Assembly: GCA_040772485.1 (NCBI GenBank)
Contig: JAXGYC010000015.1
Coordinates: 26,090 to 90,089, forward strand
Reading direction: 5' to 3'
From: Sedimentisphaerales bacterium
GTDB taxonomy: Bacteria > Planctomycetota > Phycisphaerae > Sedimentisphaerales > Anaerobacaceae
Length of the DNA stretch: 64,000 bases
Positions 16,901 through 25,315 of this stretch are shown here, in pieces; the stretch's first letter is position 1, and every line of letters starts with the position of its first letter. Both the position numbers and the translations under genes were made by a program. The notes below the pieces were generated by a model, which saw nothing but the letters and a program-made list of their open reading frames with translations, ran no database searches and was not told the DNA's origin.

Positions 16901-19507
16901 GGCGTCAATGCAGGACCGTTGCTGAGCTACCTGCCGCCGGCCGTCAGACCGGCCCTGGAGCAAGGGCAACTCCACGCCCGAATCACCGGCGAGCTGACCG
17001 CGCATCCCGAAGGGGGCCGGCGCATCCGCGCCAGCGCAACCGATGTCGATTACCGCGGGGATTCCGAGCCGGAGCCTTTCCTGCGATTCGATTCGGCCGA
17101 ACTGGCCGTCGATCGCTTCGACCCGAACGCACACTTGATCTCCATCGAGCAGGTATCGCTCCAGGGTCTTGAGGCCACCGTCGAACGCAAGGCTTCCGGC
17201 CTGATGAGCCTGCTCGGATTTGACTTTAGCGCTTCTGAGTCGGCCTCCACCGACGCGTCTGGCACGACGGATGAACAGCGGGGTCTCACACCTTCTGCCA
17301 GCGAGGAACCGTCGGCGGCCCAACAGACCGTGCCCGATCAGGCGCCGGGCCTTGCGAGCGCCGTCGCACGGAAGGCCCGGCGGCTGCCGCTGGTTGTCCT
17401 CGATCGATTGTCGTTGGAGGCCAGCAAACTCACCGTGAAGGATGCCGCCAGGCCGGCGGCGACACCCTTGGTCATCTCGAATTTGAAGGTGGCCAATACC
17501 GAGACCGTCAAGCTCCTTGGCGATGAGCCGGACACCAATCCGCCCGTCAAGATCGATGTCCACGGCCAGATTGAGCCTTTGACCGAGTCTCTGGCGCTGA
17601 AGATCGAGGTGTCTCCCTTCATCGCCCAGCCCCAGATTCTCGCCGAGTGGGACATCACGCAGATCCAAGGCCCGGGATTGGTTTCCATCCTGCCGGAGGT
17701 CCGCAGCGCAGTGGATGCCAACAACCTGCACACCGGCAGGTTCTCCGGGACCGCGCAATTGACGCTGCACGTGGAGCGACGCGACGTCGCAGAATTCGAC
17801 TTCAGCAGACCTTTTGGCGTAGATGCGTGGGTCAAGGCGATGGCCTTCCGTGACGCGCAGACGGACACCGTGCTGGCGGGAGTCGAGGAACTGCGGATCG
17901 TGGCGCCAAAAGTGGATTTGGACAGCGGCAGCGTTCACGTCAAGGAGATCGGCCTGGTGAATCCGCAGGGGGCGATCCGGCGGGAAACGGACGGATGGCA
18001 TCTGCTCGGAATGACCTGGAAAACGACCGCGAAGGGGCGATCCGCCGATGCGAATGCGGTCGCGTCGGCCAATCCGCAATCCCCAATCCACAATCCACAA
18101 TCCGCGTTCGACCTGCGCGTCGATCAGCTCCTGGTGACGGGCGTCGATTTCGCTCTCGTCGACAACACGGTCGAGCCCCCGATGTACGTACCCCTGAAGG
18201 GCCTGGACGTGGAGGTTCGCGGATTCGCCACAGCCGGCGCCGACGTCAAGACCCCGATGCGATTCAACGTGGTTGCGACGGCCGGGGAGGTGCCGTTGCC
18301 GCAGACGAGGCGCAGCTCCGCATCCGCCTCCGATGAGCCGGCCGATTTGCCTCTGGCGGACATCGAGGACTCCTCGGAGCCTTCGACGATGGAGAATCGC
18401 CTGCTGTTTCAGGAGCTGTCGGCCACCGGACGCCTGACCCTCTATCCGCGTCCCGACGGCTGGGTGAAGGCCGGCCTGAGCGGACTGGAGCTGGTCAATT
18501 TCAGGGGCGTGGCCAGCGAGAGCGGCTTGACCCTGCGCAAAGGCGTTTTCGACGCCAGCGTGGACATGCGGTTCCACAAGGATCAGCCTCTCTCGACGCG
18601 GGCCCGGCTGGTCTTTACGGACCTGTCGCTGACGGAGCCGCCCGATGGCTTTCTGGCGCAGCTTCTGACTTTGCCGGCGTCTCTGGACACGGTGCTCTTC
18701 ATTCTCCGGGACGCGGGCGGGTCCATTCGGCTGCCGCTGTCGTTCAAGATCGACGAGGACGGCCTCTCGCGCGGCCAGATTACGCAGGCGGCTGTGGGAG
18801 CGGCCGCGACCCTCATCGCCGGCGCCGTAGCAGGTTCCCCCTACCGGGTCGCCGGAACGATCGGCAATATCCTGGGCGGGGACAAGGAGGAAACCAGCGG
18901 CGCGGAAACCTACGTCGTGGAGTATGCCGCCGGCATCACCACCCTTTCCGATCGCCAGGCCGCAGAACTGGCGCAGATCGCCGAGCGTCTGCGCAATGAA
19001 CGAGACCTGGCGGTTACGGTTCGCCACCACCTGGGCGCCGTAGACATCGAAAAGGCCGCCGGCCTGGTCAACCTGTCAGAGCCCCAGACGAAGGCCCTGT
19101 TGGCGAGGCTGCGCCAGGAAAGGACCGAACTGAGGCGACGCAGAGACGAACTGGCAGGCCAGACTCGTGCGGCCTATGCCGCAGGCTCCCGCGGGAATGT
19201 GACGACCAGGACAAGGCAATTGCAGCAAACCGAGACACAACTGGGTCTGATCGAGCAGGCTCTGGACAATCTCCTCGAGACGATGCGTCCCGGCTCGGAG
19301 TACGCCGTAAGAAGACGCACGCAGGATGCCTGCATTGCCATTGGCAAGGCGCGCATCGAAACGGTGGCGGCGCTTCTGGCGATCGAGCCGGCCGCAGACG
19401 GACCGGAGGCATCCGGACGCGTCACGTTCGTGCCGCCCCGCTTCACGGAAGCCGGCGATCCCGCAGGCCGGATCACCCTTACGCTCTCCAAGAGCAAGGC
19501 GAGGTGA
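13976..19507 (+). CDS. Giant AsmA/DUF748-like envelope protein with N-terminal TM anchor and OmpA-like C-terminus
   Basis: AGGAG RBS, GTG start. TM LFWAGVILAAVIVVLRIALWLSLPWI; repeated modules ending in L.G....(A/P)YL; C-terminal ILRDAGGSIRLPLSF and YAAGITTLSDRQAAELAQIAERL. Confidence 0.75.
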   Translation: MRHKDRKRKSFSDHPDKRQAAVGADNYSPVAAPATGGSETDQPAGGPPQQRIEQEAGHHHRWLRRLFWAGVILAAVIVVLRIALWLSLPWIIDKTMEQYGLNARYERLNLSLLTGDAELWHLVLVPTDANTPFADVEYCRAAVSLVTLFTRRLIVRRVEIDGMDVNLTRAQDGTFPQLRTLLTVLRQRSKAAQPTDTAAAPTAASPGQIDLTPPLQMDALRLQHVQLQFRDETVEPVFETQLDLNVRLSDLRSDKRKTRFQILLSSPPVLDQLQIDGTGSAEGRDLLAEVHVALQGLHPDAVKDYLADLGLVPDARNLALSCSGSVRVQGIEVMDVNDAGPVIDETLSPNEIATAPSSATLQVQLESKNTTVTIDGAEHFVLEHAAVDANVADSGAIRAGRIQIRGGAFHAWRRPAGALSVGGFQFTRRPRPEPTSGPSDQRPATPAPSEVEGSDGFAWSLDSVEVRDVRLLLHDQSVSPQADLALDLNDVTVRSAASDQEGLTLTARLGAPGVVESLQTQGTVVLSSSQGSAALKISGTGIRPDALQPYLEGLGLESLYTGGTFSCDVNATFTNQPNEPIGASGAITNIHLQDTEELFGLKTIGVQGARIDPVTGATHIDQVEISGQRLAVARDGEGCLATLGFRLVGRTSEPAPHQAESMEAVQETRTPSTLGAHRTKTATIEIGRLSWHDNELTFVDRMVTPAKTIAVPDLGFELTNLVLGGDPNAASPASVKAWLRSPGTIETVQLSGSVAPEPAGLSFDLDLRGEGLALVAMAPYLAALGTESVMTEGSVAARTKGRITWGIDGLHCSATIRDAAVRDGAAELAGLDQIEIAQLHLAATGFQVERIMLERPRLMLSRDESGVFACAGLRIVPGQKTETEASPEPVRPVRVGRLEMKGAQIQWSDHAVTPAVSQSVGIDLALSELALGVESPPTTISATVRAPGIAQQATVTGQLQITPSKQGADLTLDAAGVNAGPLLSYLPPAVRPALEQGQLHARITGELTAHPEGGRRIRASATDVDYRGDSEPEPFLRFDSAELAVDRFDPNAHLISIEQVSLQGLEATVERKASGLMSLLGFDFSASESASTDASGTTDEQRGLTPSASEEPSAAQQTVPDQAPGLASAVARKARRLPLVVLDRLSLEASKLTVKDAARPAATPLVISNLKVANTETVKLLGDEPDTNPPVKIDVHGQIEPLTESLALKIEVSPFIAQPQILAEWDITQIQGPGLVSILPEVRSAVDANNLHTGRFSGTAQLTLHVERRDVAEFDFSRPFGVDAWVKAMAFRDAQTDTVLAGVEELRIVAPKVDLDSGSVHVKEIGLVNPQGAIRRETDGWHLLGMTWKTTAKGRSADANAVASANPQSPIHNPQSAFDLRVDQLLVTGVDFALVDNTVEPPMYVPLKGLDVEVRGFATAGADVKTPMRFNVVATAGEVPLPQTRRSSASASDEPADLPLADIEDSSEPSTMENRLLFQELSATGRLTLYPRPDGWVKAGLSGLELVNFRGVASESGLTLRKGVFDASVDMRFHKDQPLSTRARLVFTDLSLTEPPDGFLAQLLTLPASLDTVLFILRDAGGSIRLPLSFKIDEDGLSRGQITQAAVGAAATLIAGAVAGSPYRVAGTIGNILGGDKEETSGAETYVVEYAAGITTLSDRQAAELAQIAERLRNERDLAVTVRHHLGAVDIEKAAGLVNLSEPQTKALLARLRQERTELRRRRDELAGQTRAAYAAGSRGNVTTRTRQLQQTETQLGLIEQALDNLLETMRPGSEYAVRRRTQDACIAIGKARIETVAALLAIEPAADGPEASGRVTFVPPRFTEAGDPAGRITLTLSKSKAR
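14039..14066. repeat. REP family A copy (in frame in DUF748-like gene)
   Basis: gtaggggcggataattattcgcccgtag = VGADNYSPV. Confidence 0.85.
18071..18105. repeat. Heptamer tandem repeat (AATCCNC x5) inside a CDS
   Basis: aatccgc aatcccc aatccac aatccac aatccgc = NPQSPIHNPQSA. Confidence 0.85.
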
Positions 19508-19560
19508 AGTTCCAAGCGTGAAGTTTGAAGTGTGAAGTTTCAAGTTTGAAGTTTGAAGTC
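19505..19560. repeat. Degenerate heptamer tandem repeat, 8 units (T(G/C)AAGT(T/G)-like)
   Basis: tgaagtt ccaagcg tgaagtt tgaagtg tgaagtt tcaagtt tgaagtt tgaagtc, starting at the TGA stop of the DUF748-like gene. Confidence 0.85.
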
Positions 19561-19626
19561 GATTTGGTGTGTAATCCCGGCGCGCCGGGACCCTACGTCT
19601 TCGTGGCCAATTCGAGAGGATCGGGT

Positions 19627-20949
19627 ATGTCTTCGGAAAACAGGTGTTCACGTCGTCAGTTTCTCAGAGGCGCTGCAACCATCGCAGGGGCTGGAGCCAT
19701 TCCCTACTTCGTTCCGCCGTCGGCGATGGGGTCGGCCGGTGCTGTCGCGCCGAGCGAGCGCATCGCGATGGGTTTCATCGGCCTCGGAATTCAGGGCTCC
19801 GGCCTGATGGGAGCGTTCCTGGGCCAGAAGGACGTGCAGGCGGTCGCCGTCTGCGACGTCCGGGCGAGCCAGCGCCAGCGAGCCAAGCAGACCGTCGATC
19901 AGCGCTACGGCAACTCCGACTGCGCCATGCACAACGACTTTCGCGAGGTGTGCGGGCGCCGCGACATCGACGCGGTCTGCATTGCGACGCCGGACCACTG
20001 GCACGTGCTCGTGTCGCTGGAGGCGGCCCGCAACGGCAAGGACATGTACACCGAGAAGGCCCTGGGCCTGAGCCTGGCCTGGGACAAGGCACTCCAGCGG
20101 GCCTGTCACAAGTATGGCACGGTCTTTCAGTGGGGAACACAGCAGCGATCCGACCGGAACTTCCGCTTCGGCTGCGAACTGGTGCGCAACGGTCGCATCG
20201 GCAAGCTGCACACGATCCAGGTGGGCGTGCCTTACGATTTCGCCTTTCCCAATCAGCCGACGCAGCCGGTCCCGGAGGGTCTGGACTATGACCTGTGGCT
20301 GGGCCCGGCGCCGTGGGCGCCCTACACCTACCAGCGATGTCGTCCCTGGACGCAAAAGGAAAGCTATTCGATCTGGTATCACATCGCCGATTACTGTCTG
20401 GGCGGCATCGGGGGTTACTGGGGCGTCCACCATGTGGACATCGGCCAGTGGGGTCACGGCACCGACGACACCGGCCCGGTCGAGATCGAGGGCACAGGCG
20501 TCTTTCCCGCCGACGGCCTGACGGACTGCGCCACGAGCTGGAAGGTAACGCACACCTACGCCGACGGTGTGAAGATGATCTACATGGACGAGGCCCAGTA
20601 CAAGCACGGCGTGACCTTCCAGGGCACGGAGGGATGGGTGCACGTCACGCGTGAGGGGCTCTGGGCCGAACCCGAGTCGCTGCTGACCTCGACCATCGGG
20701 CCGGACGGGATTCACCTGCCCGAAAGCAAGGGGCACCAGCGTGACTTCCTCGACGCGGTCAAGACGCGCGGCGGCACGATCTGTCCCATCGATGTCGCTG
20801 TGCGCACGGACACGATCTGTCACCTGACGGACATCTGCACGCGTCTGGGCCGCAAGCTGCGATGGGACCCCGCGAAGGAAGACTTCATCAACGACCCGCA
20901 GGCCAGCCGGATGCTGAATCGGCCCATGAGAAGCCCGTGGCATCTGTGA
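19627..20949 (+). CDS. Tat-exported Gfo/Idh/MocA oxidoreductase
   Basis: SRRQFLRG signal; GFIGLGIQG, IATPDHWH, YTEKAL, QQRSD motifs. Confidence 0.9.
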   Translation: MSSENRCSRRQFLRGAATIAGAGAIPYFVPPSAMGSAGAVAPSERIAMGFIGLGIQGSGLMGAFLGQKDVQAVAVCDVRASQRQRAKQTVDQRYGNSDCAMHNDFREVCGRRDIDAVCIATPDHWHVLVSLEAARNGKDMYTEKALGLSLAWDKALQRACHKYGTVFQWGTQQRSDRNFRFGCELVRNGRIGKLHTIQVGVPYDFAFPNQPTQPVPEGLDYDLWLGPAPWAPYTYQRCRPWTQKESYSIWYHIADYCLGGIGGYWGVHHVDIGQWGHGTDDTGPVEIEGTGVFPADGLTDCATSWKVTHTYADGVKMIYMDEAQYKHGVTFQGTEGWVHVTREGLWAEPESLLTSTIGPDGIHLPESKGHQRDFLDAVKTRGGTICPIDVAVRTDTICHLTDICTRLGRKLRWDPAKEDFINDPQASRMLNRPMRSPWHL

Positions 20950-20993
20950 CAGAGGCGTTTTGCACAAAGAGGCGAAAGGAGCGTGTGCGATCC

Positions 20994-22340
20994 ATGAGAT
21001 TGAGCTTTGGAATATGCGCAATAACCTTGTTGTCGTGCGTCAGCAGCCTGTCCGCACCGGCCAAAGCCCCGCTGTCGGTCGGCTGGTCCACCATCGACAT
21101 CACGCCGGAAAAGCCCGTGGCGCTGGTCGGGCAACTGCACAAACGCATCTCGCAGCGGGTCCTCGATCCACTGACGGCCACCGCCTTGGCCCTTGAAACG
21201 AAGACGCCTGAGGGCCAATCCGAACAGGCCATCCTCGTGTCCTGCGACGTGCTTTATATCCGCAAATCCACGCTGGACAGGGCAAGAGAACTCCTCAGGA
21301 CAAGACTGCCCGACTTCGACGCGAACAAGCTGGCCTTGAACGCCACGCACACGCATACAGGCCCGGGCTTCGCGGACGAGGACTTCGGCGACCTGTACGA
21401 TGTCAGCGAGGACGATGGAGTGATGAAGGCATCCGAGTACGGGGCGTTCTTCGCAGAGAAGGTCGCGCAGGTCGCGGCCCAGGCGTGGGAGAGGCGCAAA
21501 CCGGCCGGCATGAGCTGGGGCCTGGGACACGCCGTGGTGGGAATGAACCGGCGCGCTCGATACTTCGACGGCTCGGCGGTCATGTACGGCGCGACGAACC
21601 GGCCCGAGTTCTCGGGGATCGAAGGATACGAGGACCACGCCGTGGAGATGCTGTTCTTCTGGGACGCCAATCGCAAACTCACGGGCGTTGTCATCAATAT
21701 CGCCTGCACCTCGCAGGAGACCGAAGGCCTGAGCGAAGTGTCCGCCGACTTCTGGCACGATGTGCGGCAGGAGCTTCACAGCAAGATCGCGCCAGACGTC
21801 TTCGTCCTGCCTCAGTGCGCCGCGGCGGGTGACCTGTCTCCGCATCTGCTGTTTCGCTCGCGTGCCGAGCAGACCATGATCGAGCAACGGGGCCTGTCCC
21901 GCCGTCAGGAGATCGCTCGGCGGATCGTCGCCGCCGTTCAGGATGTGTCGCCCCTGGTCCAGCGGCGCATCGAAACTGATATCGTTTTCAAACACGCTGT
22001 CGCGCGGGTGAACATTCCGCCGGCCAGCTCTGTCAACGCGCCCTTCTACACGACGGATACCGTCGCCCCGGTCGAGCTGCACGTGCTGCGGCTCGGCGAG
22101 GTCGCCATGGCGACCAATCCGTTCGAGCTGTACCTCGACTACGGAATCCGCATGAAGGCCCGAAGCCCGGCGACGATGACCCTGCTGGTCCAGTTGTCGT
22201 GCCAGCATTGCGGCTATCTCCCGACGGAAAAGGCGGTCCAGGGCGGAGGATACAGCGCCGACAAATTTGTCGTCGGACCCGAAGGAGGCCAGGCGCTCGT
22301 GGACGAAACCGTCCGGCAGATCGAAGCGCTCTGGCAATAG
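20994..22340 (+). CDS. Secreted neutral/alkaline ceramidase-like metallo-amidohydrolase
   Basis: Sec signal; IDITP, DPLTATALAL, NATHTHTGP, MNRR, GYLPT...GGGY family motifs. Confidence 0.7.
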   Translation: MRLSFGICAITLLSCVSSLSAPAKAPLSVGWSTIDITPEKPVALVGQLHKRISQRVLDPLTATALALETKTPEGQSEQAILVSCDVLYIRKSTLDRARELLRTRLPDFDANKLALNATHTHTGPGFADEDFGDLYDVSEDDGVMKASEYGAFFAEKVAQVAAQAWERRKPAGMSWGLGHAVVGMNRRARYFDGSAVMYGATNRPEFSGIEGYEDHAVEMLFFWDANRKLTGVVINIACTSQETEGLSEVSADFWHDVRQELHSKIAPDVFVLPQCAAAGDLSPHLLFRSRAEQTMIEQRGLSRRQEIARRIVAAVQDVSPLVQRRIETDIVFKHAVARVNIPPASSVNAPFYTTDTVAPVELHVLRLGEVAMATNPFELYLDYGIRMKARSPATMTLLVQLSCQHCGYLPTEKAVQGGGYSADKFVVGPEGGQALVDETVRQIEALWQ

Positions 22341-22381
22341 AACCAAATGCGCGGGACGCTGGAAATCGCCGGCCGACCGCT

Positions 22382-22437
22382 GTAGGATGGGCTTCAGCCC
22401 ATGCTGTATCGGCCGCACGGGCTGAAGTCCATCTTAC
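22382..22437. repeat. GTAG-type REP doublet, family B
   Basis: gtaggatgggcttcagccc ... gggctgaagtccatcttac, inverted arms matching 17 of 19. Confidence 0.75.
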
Positions 22438-22481
22438 AATCTAAGGTCCGTGGAACAGCATTCTTGTCTGGAGGCTCGATC

Positions 22482-23456
22482 ATGGCCAATCGCCATAGCA
22501 GTCCGTCGTCCAATCCGTCGCCGATGAGTCGGCGCGAGATGATGTCCATGTCCCTGGGAACCGCTCTTGCCCTGGGCACAACGGCGCTGACGCCGCACCG
22601 CGCCGCGGTAGGGGCGAATAATTATGCGCCCGTACTCCAGCCCGGCAAGCCGACGCGCAAGCCCATCTTCAAGTCTCTCAAGTTCGGCATGATCGAAGGC
22701 GACATGTCCATTCTCGACAAGTTCAAGCTGGTCCAGGACCTCGGCTACGACGGATTGGAGCTGGATTCGCCGGGCGGGCAGGACAAACAGCAATGTCTCG
22801 AGGCCAGCCGGAAGACCGGCCTGCCTATCCATGGCGTGGTCGATTCTCGACACTGGTCCGTGCGCGCCACCGAAGCCGACCCCAAACGGCGGCAGGAGTG
22901 CCTCAACGATCTGCTGACCGCGATCAAGGAGTCTCACTATTGCGGCGGCTCGGCTGTGCTGTTCGTCCCGGGCCATGGCAACGACGGTCCCGAGAGCGAG
23001 ATCGTCCCGCGCTCGCTTGACGTGATCGGCCAGGCGTTGCCGACGGCAGCCAAACTGGGGATTCGCATCCTCATCGAGAACGTGTGGAACCGGATGTTCT
23101 ACGACCACGACGGCGCCCCGGAGCAGGGAGCCGAACGCTACGCCGCCTTCATCGACGCCTGCCGCAGTCCGTGGGTGGGCGCGTACTACGACATCGGCAA
23201 CCACCACAAGTACGGCCGGCCCGAGCAGTGGGTCCGCACGCTGGGCACGCGGATCGTCAAGCTCGACGTCAAGGGCTACAGCCGCGAAAAGAACAACTGG
23301 TGCGAGATCGGTGACGGCACAATCGACTGGCCCGCGGTCCGCGAGGCGCTGGACGAGGTCGGCTTCACCGGCTGGTGCACCGCGGAAGTCGGCGGAGGAG
23401 GCCGCGAGCGGCTGGCCGACATTCTCGCCAGATTGAATCGCGTGTTGCCGAATTGA
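22482..23456 (+). CDS. Tat-exported sugar-phosphate isomerase/epimerase (xylose-isomerase-like TIM barrel)
   Basis: SRREMM signal; GYDGLEL, ILIENVWN, YYDIGNH, KLDVKGY, GDGTIDWPAV, CTAEV motifs. Confidence 0.9.
   Translation: MANRHSSPSSNPSPMSRREMMSMSLGTALALGTTALTPHRAAVGANNYAPVLQPGKPTRKPIFKSLKFGMIEGDMSILDKFKLVQDLGYDGLELDSPGGQDKQQCLEASRKTGLPIHGVVDSRHWSVRATEADPKRRQECLNDLLTAIKESHYCGGSAVLFVPGHGNDGPESEIVPRSLDVIGQALPTAAKLGIRILIENVWNRMFYDHDGAPEQGAERYAAFIDACRSPWVGAYYDIGNHHKYGRPEQWVRTLGTRIVKLDVKGYSREKNNWCEIGDGTIDWPAVREALDEVGFTGWCTAEVGGGGRERLADILARLNRVLPN
22608..22635. repeat. REP family A copy (in frame in isomerase gene)
   Basis: gtaggggcgaataattatgcgcccgtac = VGANNYAPV. Confidence 0.85.
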
Positions 23457-23493
23457 CCATCCCCAAGCCCTCCGGGCTTGAGGCTGCCACCCG
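23457..23493. repeat. Right half of the GGGTGGCAGCCTCAA-family element
   Basis: ccatccccaagccctccgggcttgaggctgccacccg, nearly identical to 56959-56995. Confidence 0.8.
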
Positions 23494-23496
23494 TCG

Positions 23497-23524
23497 GTAG
23501 GGGCGAATCATGATTCGCCCTTAC
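23497..23524. repeat. REP family A copy
   Basis: gtaggggcgaatcatgattcgcccttac; overlaps the TAA stop of 23521..24900(-). Confidence 0.85.
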
Positions 23525-24900
23525 TGCTGTCGGGCCAGCTCCAGCGCTCGGGTCGTGATGAAGTACTTGGCCTTCATGAAATCGATTTCCCACGGAGGCA
23601 GGCTGCCCTCGGCGAGGTAGTCGAGATACTGCTCGGTGACGTGGCGGAAGTGCGCCTCGTGGCCGATGAGGTGCTCGGGCGGGATGACGACTTGCCAGCC
23701 GCGTCGGTCGGATTTCAGCGATAGACCTGGATACTCGCTCCCAAGCCGCTCGATGGCGGCGCGCATCGCCCGTTCCAGCCGGCCCAGGTCGGCGTCGGGA
23801 GCCGGCTCGACATAGAGCTGGGGCTGGTAGTTCTGCTCGGCGCCCTGGCGGATGATCACGTGCGCCCGGCTGCCGCGCACGAGCGAATAATGCGTGTCAC
23901 CCGTCCCATTCGGCGCCTCGAAGGCCCACGTCACCGCGAGCCTGGCGTGCACGCCTTTGACGGCGTAGATCGCCTCGCCGTTGCAGTAGTAGGGCAGCGC
24001 GCCTTCGTCGTCGAGTTGGCGTTGGAGGTAATCCGGGAAGTCGGAGGCTCCTGTGACCTTCTCGTATTGCGCCAGGGTGATCCGCGTCGGCCAGTGCCTG
24101 GCGCGAAGGACGGCGACCTCGCTTCGATAGTCGATCCTCTGGCCGGCGAAGCACGTCCACAGCACCAGATCGATCAGGTGGGTGGTGACGTCGACGAGGC
24201 CCTCGCCCTGCTGGGCGGTATCGAAGTACCAGGTGGGCCGGCGGATGGGCTGGCCTGAGACGTACTTGGAGAAATGGTGGATACTTTCCTGGACGATCAC
24301 CGGATCGTCGGGCGTGCCCTTTTCGAGCTCGCCGAAGACCTCCGTGTCGAGCACGAGCCGCTTCTGCAGGATGCACAGCCGGTTGAAGCGCTCGGTCATG
24401 ATGTCGTAGATCAGCAGCCCCTTGCGCCGGGCGTCGTCGAAGGCCCGCTCCAGTTCGGCGAATCGCGCCGCATCGATGCACATCGGCTTGTCGGCAAAGA
24501 CGTTCAAACCCGCGTCGATCGCGGCGCTGATGTATTCGGTCTTGCGGCGGTTGTTCCCTGACAGGACGACGACACCCGCCTTCTCCGCCCGCATCCTTTC
24601 GACGTAGTCCGGTCCGATATAGACCTGCTGCTTCCAACTGGTAGGGTCGTCCTCGCGGCGGTTGAAGCTCTCGATCCGAGCGAGGTACTCCTGCCCCTCA
24701 GGTCCATCGGGAGCATAGACATGGACCGTCGGGTCGATCTGCTTGTACATCGTTTTCTGGACGAGAGCGGCGTGGTAATGCCCCGGATCGAGCACGATCA
24801 GCCGGACGGGCGTCCCGGCGCGCCTGCCCGCCGTCGCACAGGACAGCGGGACCAGAAGCAAACAGAAACCCACAACGGTCAGCGCCAGCGTTCGCACCAT
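23521..24900 (-). CDS. Secreted/lipoprotein Gfo/Idh/MocA-like oxidoreductase
   Basis: Start MVRTLAL with LSC lipobox-like signal; LDPGHYHAALVQK, ADKPMCID, DIMTERF, DVTTHLIDL motifs. Confidence 0.8.
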   Translation of the reverse strand: MVRTLALTVVGFCLLLVPLSCATAGRRAGTPVRLIVLDPGHYHAALVQKTMYKQIDPTVHVYAPDGPEGQEYLARIESFNRREDDPTSWKQQVYIGPDYVERMRAEKAGVVVLSGNNRRKTEYISAAIDAGLNVFADKPMCIDAARFAELERAFDDARRKGLLIYDIMTERFNRLCILQKRLVLDTEVFGELEKGTPDDPVIVQESIHHFSKYVSGQPIRRPTWYFDTAQQGEGLVDVTTHLIDLVLWTCFAGQRIDYRSEVAVLRARHWPTRITLAQYEKVTGASDFPDYLQRQLDDEGALPYYCNGEAIYAVKGVHARLAVTWAFEAPNGTGDTHYSLVRGSRAHVIIRQGAEQNYQPQLYVEPAPDADLGRLERAMRAAIERLGSEYPGLSLKSDRRGWQVVIPPEHLIGHEAHFRHVTEQYLDYLAEGSLPPWEIDFMKAKYFITTRALELARQQ

Positions 24901-25002
24901 GGCCAATCCCTCTACACGAAGATCCAAATCCGGCCAGCCGGAGTCTACCGGCGCAGGCCGGCTTCGTAAAGGGCTGTAGGGTGTCGGACTGCCGGTCATT
25001 TG

Positions 25003-25065
25003 AGTCCTTTGGGTCCCTTAGGTCCTTTCGGCCTCAAAGGACCTGAGAGACAAAAAGGACCTGAG
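25003..25065. repeat. GGTCCCTT/AAAGGACC ~9-bp-period palindromic tract
   Basis: Related tracts at about 3917-3946, 12136-12153 and 49755-49822. Confidence 0.65.
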
Positions 25066-25315
25066 CCGAATGAGAAGCCGAGGTCCTCAAGAGCCTTTGC
25101 GGCGATGCACAGCAGCGACTGGGTCAGGAAGTTCAGGGCTCCCACCCAGACGCTCCAATGGCTCAGGAATGCCGGTGCGCTGAAGTCTGCACACCCAGCC
25201 ATGCGCCGTTCGCGCCGGAACGATCTTGTTTTTTCGATGGACATCGCGTACGGTCATCGGACATGCGCGGGCGAGGACGCGTCCCTGTCCGGGCCGCTCG
25301 CATGGGGAGATTGGA

